64,000 nt of DNA from IMG/VR virus record IMGVR_UViG_3300025120_000019; one strand, 5' to 3'. The stretch comes from a virus. Within the stretch, counting starts at the first letter, position 1, and each line of letters opens with the position of its first letter. The notes under the pieces are model-generated. The model was not told where the DNA came from. It saw only the letters and a list, made by a program, of their open reading frames with translations, and did not search any database. A program made the position numbers and the translations under genes. Of the stretch, positions 28,966 to 40,900 are shown one piece after another.

Positions 28966-29583
28966 ATGAAAATACTTAATGAACATTTGAGTTTTGACCA
29001 AGCTAGAATTGTCGTTGAGTCTGCTAATGAAGGCAAAGACCTTTTTATGAAAGGTATTTGCATTCAAGGTGGAGTAAAGAACGCAAACCAGCGTGTATAT
29101 CCAGTTAATGAAATTAGCAGGGCTGTCACCACACTCAACGAACAAATTAGTGGCGGCTACTCAGTGTTAGGAGAAGTTGATCATCCTGAAGGACTCAATA
29201 TAAACTTAGATCGTGTGTGCCATATGGTTACAGAAATGTGGATGGATGGCCCAAACGGTTATGGGAAACTTAAAATTTTACCTACACCAATGGGAGGCCT
29301 AGTTAAAACAATGCTTGAAAGCGGAGTTAAACTAGGTGTCTCATCTCGCGGTTCAGGCGAGGTAGACGGTGGTGGTCAAGTTGAAGGATTTGAAATAATT
29401 ACTGTGGACGTAGTGGCTCAGCCCTCCGCCCCTGGTGCGTATCCAACGCCAATTTACGAACATTTGATGAATGAAAGAGGCGGATACAAGGCATATTTAA
29501 CTTCGAGAGAAGTCCAAGGCGACAAAAAGGCACAAAAATATTTAAAAGAGAGCTTATTAAACATAATAAGCAGACTCCATTAA
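28966..29583 (+). CDS. gp21: Prohead maturation protease
   Basis: N.N.RVYP, GEVDHP, ILPTPMG, LGVSSRGSG and DVVAQPSAPGAY motifs. Confidence 0.95.
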   Translation: MKILNEHLSFDQARIVVESANEGKDLFMKGICIQGGVKNANQRVYPVNEISRAVTTLNEQISGGYSVLGEVDHPEGLNINLDRVCHMVTEMWMDGPNGYGKLKILPTPMGGLVKTMLESGVKLGVSSRGSGEVDGGGQVEGFEIITVDVVAQPSAPGAYPTPIYEHLMNERGGYKAYLTSREVQGDKKAQKYLKESLLNIISRLH

Positions 29584-29596
29584 CGAGGAGAAATTA

Positions 29597-30691
29597 ATGA
29601 TAGATGCACTAAAATCACTCTTCGAAAATGACGCATTATCGGAAGAAGTACGTTCAGAGTTAGAAGAAGCATGGAACAAAAAGATTGATGAAAATCGTCT
29701 TGAAGTTACCTCAGAACTCCGTGAAGAATTTGCTAAAAAGTATGAACATGATAAGTCAACAATGGTGGAAGCTATTGATTCACTTGTTACGGAAAGACTA
29801 GCAGAAGAAATTAAGGAATTCTCAGAAGATCGTAAGCAACTGGCAGAAGCGAAAGCTAACTTTGCTGTTGCCCAACGTAAAAATGCAAATCTAATGAAAG
29901 CTTTTGTTACTGAGCAACTAGCTACAGAAATAAAAGAACTACATGGCGATCAAAAAGCAATGGCTGATAAGTTTGTTGCTCTAGAGGAGTTTGTAGTAGA
30001 ATCACTTGCAAAAGAACTTGCAGAATTTTATGAAGATAAAAAAGACCTAGCTGAAACAAAAGTACGCTTAGTACGTGAAGCTAGAAACCATCTTGATACA
30101 GTTAAATCAAACTTTATTAAGAAAAGTGCAAACTTGGTATCAGATACTGTGGGAAGAACTCTTACTAAAGAAATTTCCTCACTCAAAGAAGATATCGAGA
30201 AGGCACGTGAAAATGATTTTGGCCGTAAATTATTCGAAGCATTTGCTAACGAATACTCTCACTCCTATCTAAACGAAAAGAGTGAAACTTCTAAACTTCT
30301 AAAAGTTGTAGATACTAAAAATCAACAACTTAGCGAAGCTAAAGTAGCGGCGGCCAAGGCAATAAACCTTGCGGAAAAGCAAGCTCATGAAAATAAAAAA
30401 ATTAATGAGTCAATTGTACGCAAAGACAAAATCGATAATTTGGTTGCACCACTAAGTGTTGATCAAAAAGAAATTATGATGGATTTGTTAGAAAGTGTTC
30501 AAACAACTAGACTAACGTCACAGTTTGAAAAGTATCTACCGGCAGTTATCGACGGCAAGAGTCCAACTAAAAAGGCAAAAGTATTGGCAGAGGCAAAAGA
30601 AATTACAGGCAACAGAGAAAACCCAAAAACTGATATCTCAGCAAACGCAAGTAATATCATTGATATTAGACGTTTAGCTGGTTTAAACTAA
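29597..30691 (+). CDS. gp22: Prohead scaffolding protein
   Basis: Coiled-coil E/K-rich protein between protease and MCP; GRKLFEAF motif. Confidence 0.8.
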   Translation: MIDALKSLFENDALSEEVRSELEEAWNKKIDENRLEVTSELREEFAKKYEHDKSTMVEAIDSLVTERLAEEIKEFSEDRKQLAEAKANFAVAQRKNANLMKAFVTEQLATEIKELHGDQKAMADKFVALEEFVVESLAKELAEFYEDKKDLAETKVRLVREARNHLDTVKSNFIKKSANLVSDTVGRTLTKEISSLKEDIEKARENDFGRKLFEAFANEYSHSYLNEKSETSKLLKVVDTKNQQLSEAKVAAAKAINLAEKQAHENKKINESIVRKDKIDNLVAPLSVDQKEIMMDLLESVQTTRLTSQFEKYLPAVIDGKSPTKKAKVLAEAKEITGNRENPKTDISANASNIIDIRRLAGLN

Positions 30692-30701
30692 GGAGATAAC
30701 A

Positions 30702-31874
30702 ATGTCAGAACTATTAGAAAGTCGCTGGCAAGAGACAAAAACAGCACTTCTTGAAGGCCTTTCAGGCACAAAGAAAGCAGTAATGTCGTCAACGCTAGAA
30801 AATACTCGTAAGTATTTGGCTGAGACAGCAACTGCAGGTGCAACCTCTGCCGGTAATATAGCGACACTTAACCGTGTGATCCTACCAGTGATCAGACGTG
30901 TTATGCCAACCGTTATTGCAAACGAAATCGTTGGTGTACAACCAATGACAGGTCCAGTGGGTCAAATCCACACACTAAGAGTACGGTACTCCGATACTGT
31001 TGGTTCTGGAGCCTCAGGCGCAGTAGCAGGTGAAGAAGCACTTTCACCATTTAAAATTGCGGAAGCATATTCCGGAAACGCCACATCAGGTAAAGCAGAC
31101 GCAACTGCGGCACTTGAAGGTGAAGCCGGAAAAAGACTAAGCATTCAGATCTTAAAACAGACTGTTGAAGCTAAATCACGTAAGCTATCAGCACGATGGA
31201 CTTTTGAATCTGCACAAGATGCTCAGTCACAGCATGGTATTGATGTAGAAGCCGAAATTATGGCGGCTCTTGCTCAAGAAATTACTGCTGAAATCGATCA
31301 GGAGATCTTAGGTTCTCTTGCTTCCCTAGCAGGTACAGGTACTGATACATACAATCAAGCAAGTGTATCCGGTACTGCAACTTTTGTTGGTGATGAGCAC
31401 GCCGCTTTGGCTGTTCTCGTTAACAGAGCGGCAAACAGAATTGCTCAAAGAACACGAAGAGGCGCAGGTAACTGGGCTGTTGTGTCACCAGCAATCTTAA
31501 CTGTACTACAAAGTGCAACAACCTCAGCGTTCGCAAGAACAACTGAAGGTACATTTGAAGCACCAACAAACACCAAAATGGTTGGTACACTTAACTCAGC
31601 AATGAAGATATATGTAAACACATATGCGGCTGACGACGATGTACTTGTTGGTTACAAAGGTACAAGCGAATCAGACGCCGCGGCATTCTATTGCCCATAC
31701 ATCCCGTTGATGTCAAGTGGCGTTGTGCTTGATCCAACATCATTCGAGCCAGTCGTATCATTTATGACTCGTTACGGATATGTTGAATTGTCAAACACAG
31801 CTTCGTCTCTTGGTAATGCGGCTGACTACTTGGAAAAAGTAGAAGTCAATACAAGCAACCTTGCTTTCAGCTAA
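30702..31874 (+). CDS. gp23: Major capsid protein
   Basis: LPVIRRVMP...GVQPMTGPVGQIHTLRVRY, VEAKSRKLSARWT.E.AQD, EITAEIDQEI, FYCPYIPL, FMTRYG. Confidence 0.97.
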   Translation: MSELLESRWQETKTALLEGLSGTKKAVMSSTLENTRKYLAETATAGATSAGNIATLNRVILPVIRRVMPTVIANEIVGVQPMTGPVGQIHTLRVRYSDTVGSGASGAVAGEEALSPFKIAEAYSGNATSGKADATAALEGEAGKRLSIQILKQTVEAKSRKLSARWTFESAQDAQSQHGIDVEAEIMAALAQEITAEIDQEILGSLASLAGTGTDTYNQASVSGTATFVGDEHAALAVLVNRAANRIAQRTRRGAGNWAVVSPAILTVLQSATTSAFARTTEGTFEAPTNTKMVGTLNSAMKIYVNTYAADDDVLVGYKGTSESDAAAFYCPYIPLMSSGVVLDPTSFEPVVSFMTRYGYVELSNTASSLGNAADYLEKVEVNTSNLAFS

Positions 31875-31893
31875 TATTATTAGCGATACTATT

Positions 31894-31922
31894 AAAAAGG
31901 CCCTTCCGGGGGCCTTTTTTTA
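31894..31922 (+). terminator. Rho-independent terminator after the MCP gene
   Basis: AAAAAGGCCCT-TCCG-GGGGCCTTTTTTT hairpin plus U-tract. Confidence 0.9.
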
Positions 31923-31933
31923 TGAGTAAATAA

Positions 31934-32602
31934 ATGATGCAAACAGGCTTATCAGGATACTGGCATACACATAATCTATGGATAACATGGAGCCCTAAAT
32001 GTGGGTTAACCACAATGAATCATCTATACACAGATTATAAAAAATTACATAAGAAAAATTATAATTGTAATGATGATACTAAAATTATAACAATAATACG
32101 TAATCCATTAGAAAGGGCAATATCTATTTTCAATTATAATATGTATAGGTTACCTTACACAGTTGACGGAATAGATAGACTAAACGAAAGAGAATCCGAA
32201 CCAAGATATTATGAATTATTTAAAACTATAAGAAAAAAATATCCAGACCCACCAACCTCTTGGTATAATGATTCTATTGATGAAACAAAATTTTTATTTT
32301 GGTTAAATGAAATATTACCAATTAGTATTGAAAATGATGGACATTCGATGAGACAAAATACATCATGGCAGTATCCAAATCAATTGCAGACAAGATCAAA
32401 ATATTGGACTTTGGAAAATTTAAATAAACATTTGCTAAAAGTTTTTGGATACACATCTAATAAACAATATCAAAACTTTGGCAAATATAATAAAGAAAAA
32501 ATGACAACCTTATTATCTTTACCAAATGTAAAAAAGAAATTAATTGAATATTACTACACCGATAATATAATTTATAACACCGCTAAACAAAAATATAAAT
32601 AG
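31934..32602 (+). CDS. Sulfotransferase family 2-like protein
   Basis: 5'-PAPS loop SPKCGLTTM and 3'-PB motif TIIRNPLERAISIF; preceded by AGTAAATA. Confidence 0.7.
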   Translation: MMQTGLSGYWHTHNLWITWSPKCGLTTMNHLYTDYKKLHKKNYNCNDDTKIITIIRNPLERAISIFNYNMYRLPYTVDGIDRLNERESEPRYYELFKTIRKKYPDPPTSWYNDSIDETKFLFWLNEILPISIENDGHSMRQNTSWQYPNQLQTRSKYWTLENLNKHLLKVFGYTSNKQYQNFGKYNKEKMTTLLSLPNVKKKLIEYYYTDNIIYNTAKQKYK

Positions 32603-32618
32603 GTTGTAGGAGAAACAC

Positions 32619-32810
32619 ATGACACAAACTGGCCAAGTTTATAAATTTGTTGGAACCAAAGGAGTTATTAGACCCGATTCCTTTGGCCAATATAGAAGAG
32701 ATGTATTATTTGACAAAAGAGAAAACGATTTAATTATTGGAGACAGGGTTGTATACGAGCATATGGAAAAAAATAGTAGAAGATATGCATTTAATTTAAA
32801 AAAAGTTTAA
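32619..32810 (+). CDS. Cold-shock-domain (OB-fold) protein
   Basis: TGQVYKF...KGVIRPD...DVLF...LIIGDRVVYE...AFNL follows the CSD pattern with degenerate RNP motifs; TATAAATA at 32594-601 and SD aggag. Confidence 0.6.
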   Translation: MTQTGQVYKFVGTKGVIRPDSFGQYRRDVLFDKRENDLIIGDRVVYEHMEKNSRRYAFNLKKV

Positions 32811-32817
32811 AAAAAGG

Positions 32818-32845
32818 TTGACTTTTATTTTGTATGTGCTATATT
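32818..32845 (+). promoter_or_regulatory. sigma70-like promoter with extended -10
   Basis: TTGACT-16 nt-TATATT, with TG at the extended -10 position and an A-tract upstream; no substantial ORF downstream. Confidence 0.65.
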
Positions 32846-32851
32846 AAGTAT

Positions 32852-33060
32852 ATAACAAAGACGACGGTCCTAGTTAGATAGTGCAAGGAAGAGAGATAGC
32901 AGGTCTCAAACTTGGCTAGTAGTTGTAGTGACAGCGTATGAGCGTAGAGATACGAAGATGCGACTTTAAACGTAACTGTTTAATACTAGGCTCTTGGTGA
33001 TTTAGCAGAACAGACTGCAAAGCCGGGTTGTTGGTATTCTGAAGTCCAACCTATCAACAT
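32852..33060 (+). ncRNA. Candidate multi-branch structured ncRNA (about 200 nt)
   Basis: Own promoter and terminator; about 44% GC. GATAG 32877-81/CTATC 33051-55 encloses CAAG/CTTG, CTAGTA 32916-21/TACTAG 32984-89 (with a CGTA-GAGA-TACG GNRA hairpin), GCT/AGC with GCAG/CTGC, and GTTGG 33030-34/CCAAC 33046-50. Confidence 0.6.
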
Positions 33061-33065
33061 TATAG

Positions 33066-33098
33066 AAAGGTCTATCATTTATTTGGTAGGCCTTTTTT
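33066..33098 (+). terminator. Rho-independent terminator closing the candidate ncRNA
   Basis: AAAGGTCTATCA-loop-TGGTAGGCCTTTTTT. Confidence 0.75.
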
Positions 33099-33108
33099 AT
33101 ACATTATA

Positions 33109-33134
33109 ACCCATTTTTATTTTTTTCATAAATA
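33109..33134 (+). promoter_or_regulatory. Late promoter (ACCCAT-N14-TAAATA) for the fibre operon
   Basis: acccat-ttttatttttttca-TAAATA. Confidence 0.6.
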
Positions 33135-33215
33135 CTATTGTCAATAGGTGAGCCTCATTAGAGGACTTATGCTAGACCCATAGCGTAGACTTAGAACGTC
33201 ATAAAGGAGAAAATC

Positions 33216-33581
33216 ATGGGACGACCAGTCAATAAAAGAAACTTTGGTGCAACAGGCGTTGACGCCACACCAACAATACCAATTAGATTTCACGATGGAT
33301 CATCATTAATAGAAGGAAAGATTCTATCACAACGAGGCACAAACAAATTTAACTGCTCAAACGATGCAGGAAGTGTTACAAGAGTTTGCACACTTACTAG
33401 TGATGGTAGTGCTCCAAATGCTGATAAAGAAGCTTTGCTTGTTGGAATAGCCGCAGGCGGAGAAGCTATTAATATTAGAAAAATGTTTAATAGAACTTGT
33501 TTAGACTATAGTAATAATCGATATACTTGGACAGCAGAAGACGACTCAACAGAATCATTGCTACGGTTAACTGCTATTTAA
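33216..33581 (+). CDS. Hypothetical late (probable virion) protein
   Basis: 121 aa, strong SD aaggag, after a late promoter. Confidence 0.65.
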   Translation: MGRPVNKRNFGATGVDATPTIPIRFHDGSSLIEGKILSQRGTNKFNCSNDAGSVTRVCTLTSDGSAPNADKEALLVGIAAGGEAINIRKMFNRTCLDYSNNRYTWTAEDDSTESLLRLTAI

Positions 33582-33593
33582 GGAGTTAAATAA

Positions 33594-34613
33594 ATGGCTG
33601 AACGTATCAATAATGTAGGTGCAAGTTCTTACAAGATAAAAGTTAACAGCGGCGGCGACATTACACTTGATGTTGGCAACGGTGGTAAAGTTACTGTAAG
33701 CGGTGATCTTGATATACAAGGTCAAAGCACAAGCATTGGCTCTAGTGAGCTGATTGTTGAAGATAACACAATTACTTTAAACAACGGTGAAACCGGTGCA
33801 GGAATTACTCTTGGCACTGCTGGAATCATAATTGATCGTGGCGTAAGACCAGATGCAAATTTAATATTTGATGAAAGCTTGCAAACGATACAAGGCGGAA
33901 GTGCCTATACAGGTAGTTGGGCATTAAAAGATCAAAACAATGTAATTCAAGGATTGTATGCTTCGAGTATCAAACCTGATCCAAGTAATGCAAATAACTT
34001 AACATTATTAGGTGCAGGAACAAGTATAGTTACAGTTAGTGGAACTACAGATTATGAAAAAAATGTGTATCCGTATACAGCTTCAGCTATAACACCAAAT
34101 CCAAGTCGACCAAATAAATTATCTTTAGCTACTGACGATGATGCATTAGTAAATGTAAAATTGATGGAAGACTATATTTTAGGTTTTTATACTTATAATT
34201 TCCAAAATAGAATTGATAGAGGTGAAGCATCAAAAACATCTGTGCAAACTTATGATTTTGAAGAGGATGCAACAACAAGTAGAATAGAATTTGGTGTCGA
34301 CGGAACTAATATAGCAACTATGTTTGAAAATCGTTTTGATATAGGTAACTTAACTCTTTCCGGCGGCTCGCTTACATCTCAAAATACAAACGGTGATGTT
34401 GAATTAAAAGGCAATGGTACTGGAGTTGTAAAAATAACTACTCCAACTACAATAATACAACAAAGTGATCCTTCTGCTCCTGCTGATGGAATATCTTTGT
34501 ATAGTAAACCTCTTGCTGATGGTGGAACTGGTTTATTCTTTGTAAATCAGGATTCTACGCAAGACGAAATTGCAAGCAGAAATAAAGCATTACTTTTTAG
34601 TATAATTTTTTAA
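33594..34613 (+). CDS. Virion structural / fibre-associated protein
   Basis: G/T/S-rich beta repeats (V.GDL.IQG...S.ELIVEDNTITLN.GETG.G) typical of fibre shafts. Confidence 0.65.
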   Translation: MAERINNVGASSYKIKVNSGGDITLDVGNGGKVTVSGDLDIQGQSTSIGSSELIVEDNTITLNNGETGAGITLGTAGIIIDRGVRPDANLIFDESLQTIQGGSAYTGSWALKDQNNVIQGLYASSIKPDPSNANNLTLLGAGTSIVTVSGTTDYEKNVYPYTASAITPNPSRPNKLSLATDDDALVNVKLMEDYILGFYTYNFQNRIDRGEASKTSVQTYDFEEDATTSRIEFGVDGTNIATMFENRFDIGNLTLSGGSLTSQNTNGDVELKGNGTGVVKITTPTTIIQQSDPSAPADGISLYSKPLADGGTGLFFVNQDSTQDEIASRNKALLFSIIF

Positions 34614-34624
34614 AGGACGAAAAC

Positions 34625-34957
34625 ATGGCAATAGTAAATTCATTAATATCAACTACAGATACAACATTAATTACTGTTCCTGCTGGTAAAAAATATGCTA
34701 TGACTACAATCTTAGTTTGTAATAATGCAACCGACGATGGCACCACAGCAAATGATACAAAATTTGATATGCACGTTATTAAAAGCGGTCAGAGCAGAAA
34801 TAGTACAAATATTGTTCTTAATGATATACCGGTCACAGCATCAGATACTTTTACATTTAATGTAGAAAGAATAATTTTAGAAGCAGACGACAGGATTACA
34901 TTCGTAGGAGCAAACCCAACAAATTTAAGTGTTACAATAAGCTATTTGGAAGTATAA
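34625..34957 (+). CDS. Small beta-sandwich virion protein
   Basis: 110 aa; TVPAG...ILVCN...ILEADDRI...ISYLEV pattern seen in fibre-operon proteins. Confidence 0.55.
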   Translation: MAIVNSLISTTDTTLITVPAGKKYAMTTILVCNNATDDGTTANDTKFDMHVIKSGQSRNSTNIVLNDIPVTASDTFTFNVERIILEADDRITFVGANPTNLSVTISYLEV

Positions 34958-34960
34958 GGA

Positions 34961-37900
34961 ATGGAATTTTTTAAGAGGCAGAGTTTACATAAAAGAACAG
35001 TAGGTGATACTAGTGTTACTTTAACTGCTGACGGTGAAGTATTAATTGCACCCGAAGGAGCAAAAACAAGAGTTACTGGTGACTTAATAGTTTCTGGTAA
35101 TGCAACAGGCCCAGCAACAACAGACATCTTATATGTTACTCAAGATGGTAGCGATACCAACGACGGTAAAAGCATGGGAAAAGATGGTGCTAAAGCAACA
35201 ATTAAAAGTGCCGCCGCTTCGGCTTTACCAGGCACTACTATTATTGTAGGACCGGGTGATTATTATGAATCAAATCCGATTACATTAGCAGACTTTGTTA
35301 CAATCAGAGGTGCAGGAGATTTAAGAAACACAAGAATTTTTCCAAGGAATAATACACAAACAATATTCTTTATGGGCAATGGGTGTTACTTACACGAACT
35401 TACATTTAGGGCTTTGAGATATCCAGGTTGGTGTGTTGAAATACGCCCAGGTGCTAGAGTAACTACATCACCTTATGTACAAAATTGCACTAACATGAAT
35501 GGACCTTGGTTAAATGATGGTACAGAATTTATTCCTTTTGAAACTGTACAAATTGCTGGAATAACGCCAGGTGCCAAACCATTAATGCTTGAAGATTACC
35601 CAGCTCTGTCAACTGACAAGCAAATTAACGATACCGGCGGCGGTGGAGGATTATACGTTGATGGTAATAGTTACGATCCAACATCATTAGTATTCAGCTT
35701 TGTTGCTGATGCATTTACACAAATTTCTCAAGGTGGTATTGGGTTTTGGATTGACAACTTTGGATATACACAGATTGTTAGTTGTTTCTCTGTATTTTGT
35801 TCTGTTGGATTTAAAGCTACAAATGGTGGCTACTTATCAATTTCAAACTCGGTTTCTGACTTTGGACTTAAAGGTATTGAGTCTGACGGATTTTTTCCAC
35901 AAGCATATACCACAGCTCGGGCTGAACAAAACTATTTTAGTACTGTTGCAAGTGTAACAATACAAACTGCTGGAGCAGGATATACCAGTGCACCAACAGT
36001 AGTAATCGAAGCACCTACTTTAGGAGGCGGAACACAAGCCACAGCAACTACTTCAATTGATGCTACTACTGGTAAACTTAGTGCTATTACAGTTCAAGAT
36101 GCTGGTAGTGGATATACAACTACACCATTAATTACTATAAGCGGTGGAGGAGCATCAGCACAAGCTACTGCCGTTGTAAATTTAGCAAAAAATATTACAA
36201 TAAGATTAAACAGTTTACGTGATAAACCGCAAACAGGTAGTATTGTTAAATTTGAAGCAGATCCAACTTATTACTACATTACTGGTAACACACAAATAAA
36301 TGCACCATTTATATATGATGAAACTGTATGTAGACGAGACCTTAAAAGAATAATTGATGCTGTCACTTCTGATATTGTACTAGGAACATCTTTTCAATCA
36401 CAAGCCGCAGGAACGAGTTATCTACGTAGTACATCTACTAAAGTGTTAAACGATCAAAAAGCACCAACAATATATGGCATTGAGCAAGCACGTGACGGTA
36501 TGAAAGCACAGACTACAAATCTTGCAATGGAAGAAAATATTGATTATTTGTTTAACATTATTACTAGCACTATTAGTGAAGGTGATAGTAGTATACAACC
36601 TGATAATAGTAACGATGTAGCGGCTACATTTAATGATTTACAAACTATTGACCCTGCTAAAATTGAAGCAAAAAATAATATTTTAGAAAATAGAGAATTT
36701 TTAGTTGAAGAACTTTCTGCATATATTAATGATCAATTTACTGAATTAAGCTATAACCAAGCTACATATACTGAAAATATGACTACACTTATAGACGGTA
36801 TAGAAATGTTTGCAACATTAGAAAGTAATCAGCAAATTGTTAGAGCGGCTGAAGAATTTGAGCTTAGAACAAGATTTAAACCAATGTTGTTGTCAAGTTT
36901 TAGATATTTGAGCGACAAGTTTGAAGCACTAGCAGATGTTCAAGCAAGTAGTATTGCACTTACAAATGTTAAAGAAGGCTTTAATCAATTTATGAATATT
37001 ATTGATGATGGTGATAGTTCAGCTATTGTGATAGTATTTCCAGAACACGCTGGTGTTGATAATAATAGGGCTGATGCAAAAGATCAAATTATTGCAAATA
37101 AAAACTTTTTGATAGCTGAATTTAAAACATTCTTATCAGCTGAAGTATCAGGGTTCGTATATGATGATGCAATATATACCACAGACTTAACAAACATTCT
37201 TGATGCTTGTATATTTGATGTTCTTTATGGCGGAAATAGTAGTACAGTACAAGAAGCAAAATATTACTTTGCTAACGGAGCAGGCGGGGTGGCTTTTTCT
37301 GCACTTGCTCCTGTAAACAAAGCGGCATTAGTTAATGCTTTTGCAAGATTAAGATTTGTAATACAAAGAGTTGTTAGAGGTTTAGCAGTAACACCAACTT
37401 CTGGAAACGGTGTAGCTCAAAACTTTGCAAGCAACAATGCCACACAAAGTGAAGCAGATTTTATAGATACTTTGATATTTAATATACAAGATATGATTGA
37501 TAATTTAACATTATCAAGATTACCAGCTACATTAACAAAACCTCTTTACACTGATGAACCTACATTACAAATAACAGCAGGGCAAAAAATTCTTCTAAAC
37601 AGAAATAACTTTATTACTGATGCAATAGCTTATAACTTAGCAAATAATCCTACTTTAACATACGATCAAGACAAATGTAGAAGAGACGTTGGGTACATTG
37701 TTGATGCTGTAAATAGAGATATCCTTTTAGGAACTAATACAAATAGTATTCAAGCAGGTCAAGCATATAAGAGAGCAAACACTGCATACCTAAATGTTGA
37801 GCAGAAGCCAGCAACAATATTAGGATTAAGAAAAGCAAAGGCATTAGGTGAAGCCGCAGTAATATCAAGCACTACAATCAAAGACGCTGTTACTGCAAGG

Positions 37901-40900
37901 TGGGAAGATGTTTTAAATATAATTGAAAATGATGAATTACCGTCAGAAGGTTTGTCATACCCTGATCCGGGGCCTGCTACAAACGAATTAATTTATGGTG
38001 TTGATCAGGTAATTGCAAACAAAGCATTTTTACAAGAAGAACTTGTTGCATATATTAATGCAAATAATTATGTATACGACAAAGATAAGTGTAAAAGAGA
38101 TACAGGACTAATAATAGATGCCGCCGCATATGATACATTGCTTGGCACTAATTATAATCAAAGAGTTGCAGGATTATCATATCAAAGAGCAAATAGTGCA
38201 TACTTGCAAAGCAATCAAAAAACACAAACTATTGCAGGAATAAACTTTGCAAAAAGTAAATCATCTGATGCAACAACTCATTCACCATCACAATCAACTG
38301 TGGAAGCGGCATTTGACGAAGTAATAGATATTATTAACAATGGAGCAACATCAACAGAACAAGCGGCAGATCCGTTAACATTTACAGATCCAAGTACAGC
38401 TACAACTGGTCAAAAAAATGCAAGACTACAATTACAAGCTAACAGAAATTTTATTGGAAAAGAAGCTGTAGCATATGTAAATAGTAACTATGTAAATTAT
38501 ACATATGATGTTACAAAATGTCAACGAGACACAGGCTTAATTATAGATGCTGTAGCAAGAGATGTTGCATTAGGCACCAACTACAGCTCAGTGACAGCCG
38601 GACTTGCATATTCAAGAGCAAGTGCATTAACTAATAAACAAGCACAAGGAATACAAACTCTTAATGCATTTCAATTTGTTAGAAAAGAAACATTAGAAAA
38701 AGGTTTAAGCGATGTTGGAGAAGCAAGGGCTTTAGCAGGTTACAACGAAGTCATAGATGTTTTCCAAAATGGAGTGCTTAGTACAGATGTTTCTGCAGAT
38801 GCTATAACATTTACAAATCCAACAGGAGCAAGTCAAGATTTAATTGATGCTAAAAATCAATTACAAGCAAACAGAGAATTTATTGCACAAGAAACATTAG
38901 CTTATGTAAATGCAAATAATCCAAAATATGATGTATCAACAGCAACTTACAATCAAACTACTGGAGATATGGTTCTTACAATAGGATCACATAGTTATAC
39001 AACAGCTGATTATATAAGATTAGGAAAAGAATCGTTAGCTTTTAGTTGTACATATGGACAAGGCAATCACACTTATGTTGGTGGTACAGCAAGCAACGCA
39101 GTTCAGTCAGGTGGTAACTATCTACATACATTCGTATCTGCTGTAACCAACGGAGTTACATCAAATGCAGGTAATTTACCAAACGCAGTTACAGGTGCAA
39201 CATATAATGCATCAACTGGTGAGATGATTATTACCTCTGCTTCACATCTGTTAACAACGTCAAACACACTTGCTATAGCCGATGATGCACTCTCTTTTAC
39301 CTGCACAATGGACGGCAACACAACAACTAAAACGTATCCAAGATCAACAGATCCTGCGTCTGGAGCAACTCTTGCTATTAGTGCAGTAACTACTAATACT
39401 ATTACTATAAATGTAGGCGCATCACCAATTGTAAATCATGATGTTACTAATGCAACATACAACTATGCTACTGGCATAATAGAAATGACTATTGGCAGTC
39501 ACTCACTGGCTGTAGGAACAAGTATTAAGATTGCTAATGATGCATTAACATTTACTTGTGATGCTGATGGTAATGCAACAAATCATACATATCCAAGATC
39601 AACTGATCCAGCAAGAGATACTGCATTGTCTATTACAGCCAAAACTGGAACTACAATATCAGTAAACGTAGGTATTATTTCAAGTTCAACAAGTTCAACT
39701 AAAAAATATCCACGTAACAATGCAGATCCTGCTTATAGTGCTAATTTAAGAATTACTGCGGTAGCTAGTAATACTGTTACAGTTAATGTTGGACCAAACA
39801 CAACTAATCCTACTGTACACACATTTGAATCTGCAACACCAGGTGCAGTTACAACTGGATATAATCAAGATAAGTGTTTAAGAGATGCAAGATATTTGGT
39901 TGATTCTTTATCACATGATATTCTATATGGAGGCAATACTGCAATTAGAACAGTTGCAAATAGTTACTTTGATGATGGCACTCCGCAACTTCCAAATTCA
40001 CAGCAAAAAACAGCTATTGTAAATGCATTCCAACATATTGCAACTAATATAATTGGTGATGTTGTACAAAATATAACAGTTGCACCAACAAGAACAAAAT
40101 TTACACCTGGAGCAGGTACAACGTATGATCCTACAACAGGCGTATTAAAATTAGCAGTCGGTTCACATAACTTACAACTAAGTGATTTGATTAAAATTGA
40201 ACCAAATGGGGTTACATTTAGTTGTACATATGGAGCAGGTGCTCATACTTATGTAGGCGGCACAGTATCAAATGCAATTACTATAACTGCAGGAAGTGTT
40301 CAAAAAGACGTTACAAATGCAACATATGACTATGCAACAGGTGTTATGGAATTAACTATAGGCTCACATAGCTTTACAACTAGTGATACTGTGACAATAG
40401 CTACAAATTCATTAACATTTACTTGTGATGCAGATGGAAACGCAACTAACCATACGTATCCAAGAGTAGGAGACCCTGCTCATAACACTGCTATAGCAAT
40501 ATCAGCAGTAACTGGTACTACTATTACTGTAAATGTCGGTGCTGTTGGATCATCTAGTTCAAATAAGTCTTATCCAAGAGCAACTGATCCAGCAATACAG
40601 CGATCATTTACACCTGCCACAGGAACTACATATAATCCAGCAACAGGAGAACTTGTTTTAGAAATTGGCTCGCATAGCTTAACAACAAATATGCAAGTTG
40701 TGATTGCACCTAATAGTATGGTGTTTACTTGTACTACAGATGAAACAAAACCTAAGCTTTATCCTAGACGAACTGACCCTGCATTTCAAAAAGGTTTAGA
40801 TATAACAGCCGTTACAGCAACAACAATTACAATGAATGTAGGAGTATCATCAGATACTAATCCACATACATTTATTTCTGCAAAAACAAATTCTGTAACA

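Noticed and set aside
32938-33000. 20-codon ORF MSVEIRRCDFKRNCLILGSW
   Set aside because: No SD, very short, and lies inside predicted helices.
32877-33056. Group II intron-like ends (GTGCA... and ...CCTAT) in the candidate ncRNA
   Set aside because: Only about 175 nt, no convincing domain V with catalytic triad and bulge, and no interrupted gene or RT.
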